IMG/VR virus record: IMGVR_UViG_3300037722_000305
Coordinates: 1-48,018 of that record
Strand: one strand, 5' to 3'
Source of the DNA: a virus
Lineage: Duplodnaviria > Caudoviricetes
DNA length: 48,018 nucleotides
Part shown: positions 44,482 through 48,018 of the stretch, piece after piece
How positions within the stretch are numbered: the first letter of the stretch is position 1
How the letters are laid out: every line of letters begins with the position of its first letter
Notes under the pieces: model-generated
The model's database searches: none
The model's input: only the letters and a program-made list of their open reading frames with translations
Told to the model about the DNA's origin: nothing
Translations under genes and position numbers: made by a program

Positions 44482-44511
44482 ATGACAATATGTTAGCAAA
44501 TATGGTATAAT
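44482..44511 (+). promoter_or_regulatory. Sigma70-like promoter
   Basis: ATGACA-18 bp-TATAAT with extended TG. Confidence 0.5.
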
Positions 44512-44536
44512 AATGAAAACAGCGAGGACTAAAAAC

Positions 44537-45505
44537 ATGGCATTTAATCCACAAGACCACATGGGAAAACTCAAGGGAAAAGACTATCTCGAAGTCAAAT
44601 GGCGTATTGTTTGGTTTCGTCAAGAAAACCCCGCCGGACGTATCGACACGGATGTAAAAGCAATCGGTGATAATGCGATTGTTAAAGCGATAGTTTGGAA
44701 CAATGACGGTGTACAAATCGCCTCTGGTATGGCAACGGTAAGAAGTGCTGACAATGCACGTATGTCATGGGCTGGACGCGACTTTGAAAAAGCTGAAACA
44801 GCCGCAATTGGACGGGCTTTAGGGGTGGCAGGATATGGAACGCAATTCACAGGTGATGAGTTGAATGAAGACAATTACCTTGCTGATAGTCCAGTGACCA
44901 AAAATCAAACATGGTTAGCCGATGAAAGCCAAGTCGCACACGTTAAATTGAACCTTGCCAACATGATTGACTTGCATGGTGAGGACGTGGTTAACGAAGC
45001 GAAGGCACAGTTAGACCCGCGCCAATTCGCCAGCTACGAACCCTACCTTGAGGCGCTCATTGAATTGATTGATACACGCGAAACCGCTTCGCAGATGGCA
45101 GACGAAGTGAACGGTGCAATTGCAGAAAACTCTCCAATACCCGACAACGTGACAGACTTCCCAAAAATGGAACAACCCGAAGGCACGAAAACAGCCTACA
45201 ACCAGACCTATGTTGATATTGCCTTCAATGCGGCTGGCAAGCGGTATTATAAAATCGCAGGCGCATCCATGTTTAGCCGTGAAGCATTCCGGCAACTTGG
45301 CTTTCCCGAAACATTTACCGACCTCATGGGCGAAAAAGAAACCGAAGGACGTGTGCAACTGCCAATGGGTATCAAACTACATGTGACGCATATCACGCGC
45401 ACAACCGAAGACGGGCGCACATGGAAAGAAATCGTACACATTACCCGTGATGATACAGGCGTAACAGTCGATAAGAATGGCGATGTAATCGAAAAAGCGG
45501 GCTAA
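44537..45505 (+). CDS. Single-strand annealing protein (Rad52/Sak-like)
   Basis: KGKDYLEVKWRIVWFR, A.G.A, EKAETAAIGRAL...GYG; close to ssb. Confidence 0.7.
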   Translation: MAFNPQDHMGKLKGKDYLEVKWRIVWFRQENPAGRIDTDVKAIGDNAIVKAIVWNNDGVQIASGMATVRSADNARMSWAGRDFEKAETAAIGRALGVAGYGTQFTGDELNEDNYLADSPVTKNQTWLADESQVAHVKLNLANMIDLHGEDVVNEAKAQLDPRQFASYEPYLEALIELIDTRETASQMADEVNGAIAENSPIPDNVTDFPKMEQPEGTKTAYNQTYVDIAFNAAGKRYYKIAGASMFSREAFRQLGFPETFTDLMGEKETEGRVQLPMGIKLHVTHITRTTEDGRTWKEIVHITRDDTGVTVDKNGDVIEKAG

Positions 45506-45519
45506 CGAAACGGGGGTGT

Positions 45520-45735
45520 ATGCCCACGTTTGATTGGAGTAGATGGAATATGCTAGATGAGAGAGAAATCAAGGAACTGCAAGCCAAAATGGATAGCCTG
45601 TATATAATCACACTCGAAAGTGTGATTGAGAACATCGCAAAAATCACAGATAGCGATGAAACACCAGAGGGCAAGATTGCCGTTATCAAGAAAATCACAG
45701 ACAAATATAAATCAGCATTGATGACTGAGGACTAA
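45520..45735 (+). CDS. Hypothetical protein
   Basis: ORF within the operon. Confidence 0.45.
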   Translation: MPTFDWSRWNMLDEREIKELQAKMDSLYIITLESVIENIAKITDSDETPEGKIAVIKKITDKYKSALMTED

Positions 45736-45737
45736 TC

Positions 45738-46028
45738 ATGGTCTACGACGGTGTAGAACGCGATATTGTGCGAGATTTTATTGGTTCGCTAAATGTACAG
45801 CGCAACCAGCACATGCGCTTTAATCCTGAATATTATGGGGTTGGGTATTCCGATGTGTCACTGTATACCGTGTGGATTTCGTATTACGATGTGTGGTGGT
45901 TACATTCGCGTGAATACGAAGGATTGCGACACGAAGAGTTTGGAAGCGACGATTTAGACTATGCAATATCACTTGCTTGGTTTTGGTTTAAGGCTCAATT
46001 TGGGGATTTATACGAGGAGCAACAATGA
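45738..46028 (+). CDS. Hypothetical protein
   Basis: RBS GAGGA; ATGA-coupled to ssb. Confidence 0.5.
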   Translation: MVYDGVERDIVRDFIGSLNVQRNQHMRFNPEYYGVGYSDVSLYTVWISYYDVWWLHSREYEGLRHEEFGSDDLDYAISLAWFWFKAQFGDLYEEQQ

Positions 46029-46411
46029 CATACCACCAAACAACCATCGTAGGTAATATCGGTAGCTTAGACCTACAATACCTGCAAAGCGGTACAGTCG
46101 TTTGCCGCATGAGCGTAGCGGTTAACGAATACTGGAATGACCGCGAAACCAACGAGCGACGGGAGCGTGTGACATGGTACAAGGTTTCCATGTGGGGCAA
46201 GCAGGGCGGAACCGCGCACAGGTATCTCGCAAAAGGTCGTCAGGTGATGGTCGTTGGTACAGTTGAAGCCAGCGCCTACATGGGACAAGATGGTCAACCG
46301 CAAGCCAGCCTTGAGCTACGGGCGCAGGAAGTCAAGTTTCTGCAAGGTGGCAACGGTGCAAACGAGCCAGCCAGTGACCGCCAACCAGACGGTGAAAACA
46401 TACCATTTTAG
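46025..46411 (+). CDS. ssb: Single-stranded DNA-binding protein
   Basis: IVGNIG, SVAVN, TWYKVSMWGKQ, YLAKGRQV.V.G, acidic tail ending IPF. Confidence 0.95.
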   Translation: MTYHQTTIVGNIGSLDLQYLQSGTVVCRMSVAVNEYWNDRETNERRERVTWYKVSMWGKQGGTAHRYLAKGRQVMVVGTVEASAYMGQDGQPQASLELRAQEVKFLQGGNGANEPASDRQPDGENIPF

Positions 46412-46428
46412 TTTTAGGAGCTATTCTG

Positions 46429-46713
46429 ATGACCTGTACAATCTGCGGGTATGCCGCAATCGAAACCATGACTGATGACGAAACGTGTTCCAATTGCGGT
46501 TTTCAGTTCCCGAAGCCGAAACGGGCAATCGTGTATCCCCGTATCAAGCGGAGTAAAGAGTGGTACGAGGAAATGCGCGATAGTGCTACTGAGTTAGCAT
46601 CTGATATGGTTAGGCTTGCGGAGCAGTACCCTGATAGCGAAGCGGTGAAATGGGGTTACCGCTTCTGGAACGAGAAGGCGGAACTATGCGATGAAAGGGT
46701 GCATGATGAGTGA
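46429..46713 (+). CDS. Zinc-ribbon hypothetical protein
   Basis: CTICG and CSNCG; RBS AGGAG. Confidence 0.55.
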   Translation: MTCTICGYAAIETMTDDETCSNCGFQFPKPKRAIVYPRIKRSKEWYEEMRDSATELASDMVRLAEQYPDSEAVKWGYRFWNEKAELCDERVHDE

Positions 46714-46872
46714 AATTATCATAACCAGTGGGGCACGTTACTATTCGATAACTGATGAAACTGCGACCACAAGTAGACAAAAGACTATTGAAGAGATTGC
46801 AACAGACTTATTGCTTGCTTATTTCTATCAACGTTTACGCTATATAGAAACCACGAAAACACGAAAGGGCGC

Positions 46873-47124
46873 ATGATGCAGACTGATACCACACATGAAA
46901 CCATTCGCGCAATCATCCAACGTTGTGCTGATGCGTTTGGCGAACCTGTCTACGGATACCGCATGATTTATTCAGCAAATGGTGATGAGTGGTTGTTTGT
47001 GCGTGATAGCGAGGTACTGGCAAGCGGTACACTTGATAGCATCGTACAGCATATCGAGGCGTTGTTTCCACTACTTGAGCAAAGAAGACAAAGCAGAAAG
47101 AGACGGGCACACGATGCAGGGTAG
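46873..47124 (+). CDS. Hypothetical protein
   Basis: ATGA-coupled ORF. Confidence 0.45.
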   Translation: MMQTDTTHETIRAIIQRCADAFGEPVYGYRMIYSANGDEWLFVRDSEVLASGTLDSIVQHIEALFPLLEQRRQSRKRRAHDAG

Positions 47125-47380
47125 ACCGTTTGACGCATACCACCGCTATCGTAATCGCTTGGTGGTGATTGAACGCGCGCATTATTGGGCGATTTTGAGA
47201 CGGTGTATCCGTAAGGTAGCATAGGAGAATACAACATGCAAGACTTGACAAATGGACGTATCAACACAGAGAACCTGACCGCTGACGAGTGGGATACCGT
47301 GCTGGATGGTCAATATTTAGGCTATGTTTACGATAACGGCAATCGACTTTTAGTTTTCAAAGTTGAGGCAATAAAAACAG

Positions 47381-47614
47381 ATGATAGATAACAAAACCCC
47401 AGAAATGGACGAATTCGGTTTTTATCCCGAATGGGCTACAGCTTGCCCTGAGTGCGGAAGCGAAAGCACTGGTGAGGTTGTGACGTATCCCGAAGGTGGA
47501 GGTTGGGACAGTCCAGGCGCAGGTGGTCACGTTGATTGTAAGTGTGAGCAATGCGGCTATGAATGGATGCGCGATTTTGGCGAAAACGATATACCTGATA
47601 TGGGCCCGATTTAG
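47381..47614 (+). CDS. Zinc-ribbon hypothetical protein
   Basis: CPECGS and CEQCGYEW. Confidence 0.55.
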   Translation: MIDNKTPEMDEFGFYPEWATACPECGSESTGEVVTYPEGGGWDSPGAGGHVDCKCEQCGYEWMRDFGENDIPDMGPI

Positions 47615-47657
47615 GAGACGCTATTTCTGGCGTTAAAACAAAGCAGTTGGAGATGTT

Positions 47658-47855
47658 TTGATGTCGAAGCAACTCTACAAAGGCAAACCTGCTGTCAAAA
47701 GGCGTGTCGTCGAACAGCGACAAACCATCTGGCGACGAGGAATTGTTGGATGGGAGTTGACGCTGAACTGTGGTCACATCGTCATTCGTAGCAACAATAA
47801 ATACAATTATGCCTATTGCGAAGAATGCGGTGCAATCGAGAAGCCAGAAGAATAG
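47658..47855 (+). CDS. Small zinc-binding protein
   Basis: LNCGH...CEEC; RBS GGAG. Confidence 0.5.
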   Translation: MMSKQLYKGKPAVKRRVVEQRQTIWRRGIVGWELTLNCGHIVIRSNNKYNYAYCEECGAIEKPEE

Positions 47856-47919
47856 GGCTTATTTATTTAGTAATCAGTCACCTTAACGGTTATAGTGATG
47901 ATGTCGCATATAAGGATGA

Positions 47920-48018
47920 ATGATGGTAAAGAAAATTGAACTAGAATTGAAAATCGACAAAACGCCGTTTGATGACTTCTCAACCGAGATAACAAACATA
48001 GGCGAAAAAATTACGTTA
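47920..48018 (+). CDS. 5' part of a ~55-aa ORF that continues across the window junction to position 69
   Basis: RBS AAGGA; reads MMVKKIELELK...EKITL then IKWVASLNKTTHIFYADEYTGV* (stop 67-69) when the ends are joined. Confidence 0.55.
   Translation, partial: MMVKKIELELKIDKTPFDDFSTEITNIGEKITL

Overview
This window looks like a complete, circularly permuted ~48 kb siphovirus genome: an ORF reads openly across the 48018/1 junction. The + strand late region runs ParB/methyltransferase, Gp37Gp68 radical SAM, terminase, portal, scaffold, capsid, neck, tail tube, chaperone, tape measure, tail/fibres, membrane proteins and a glycoside-hydrolase-like lysin. A short leftward operon (29.0-31.7 kb) follows, headed by a ribbon-helix-helix-like gene behind back-to-back promoters. 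The rightward early region contains an iteron-bearing initiator, primase-helicase, annealing protein and SSB. I recognise no integrase, CI-type repressor, reverse transcriptase, Cas gene or canonical tRNA, and I did not determine the host. The best candidate for an undescribed system is at 37.19-39.84 kb. A promoter drives a 76-nt RNA resembling only the tRNA-like domain of tmRNA (G3:U70 acceptor, GG..TCGAC motif, T-arm, no tag ORF). Its 3' 39 nt recur 1560 bp downstream, where they can pair with a different 5' acceptor strand. The two copies bracket a His-motif protein and a DUF6745-like protein with 20 tetrapeptide repeats, and a PP-loop enzyme follows. The genome also has several other structured leaders (tRNA-like plus kissing-loop RNA, antiterminator, RBS-sequestering pseudoknot) and possible recoding signals (+1 frameshift, in-frame amber in the lysin, ATC start). 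All family calls are by-eye motif recognition and all structures were paired by hand; no searches or folding programs were run.
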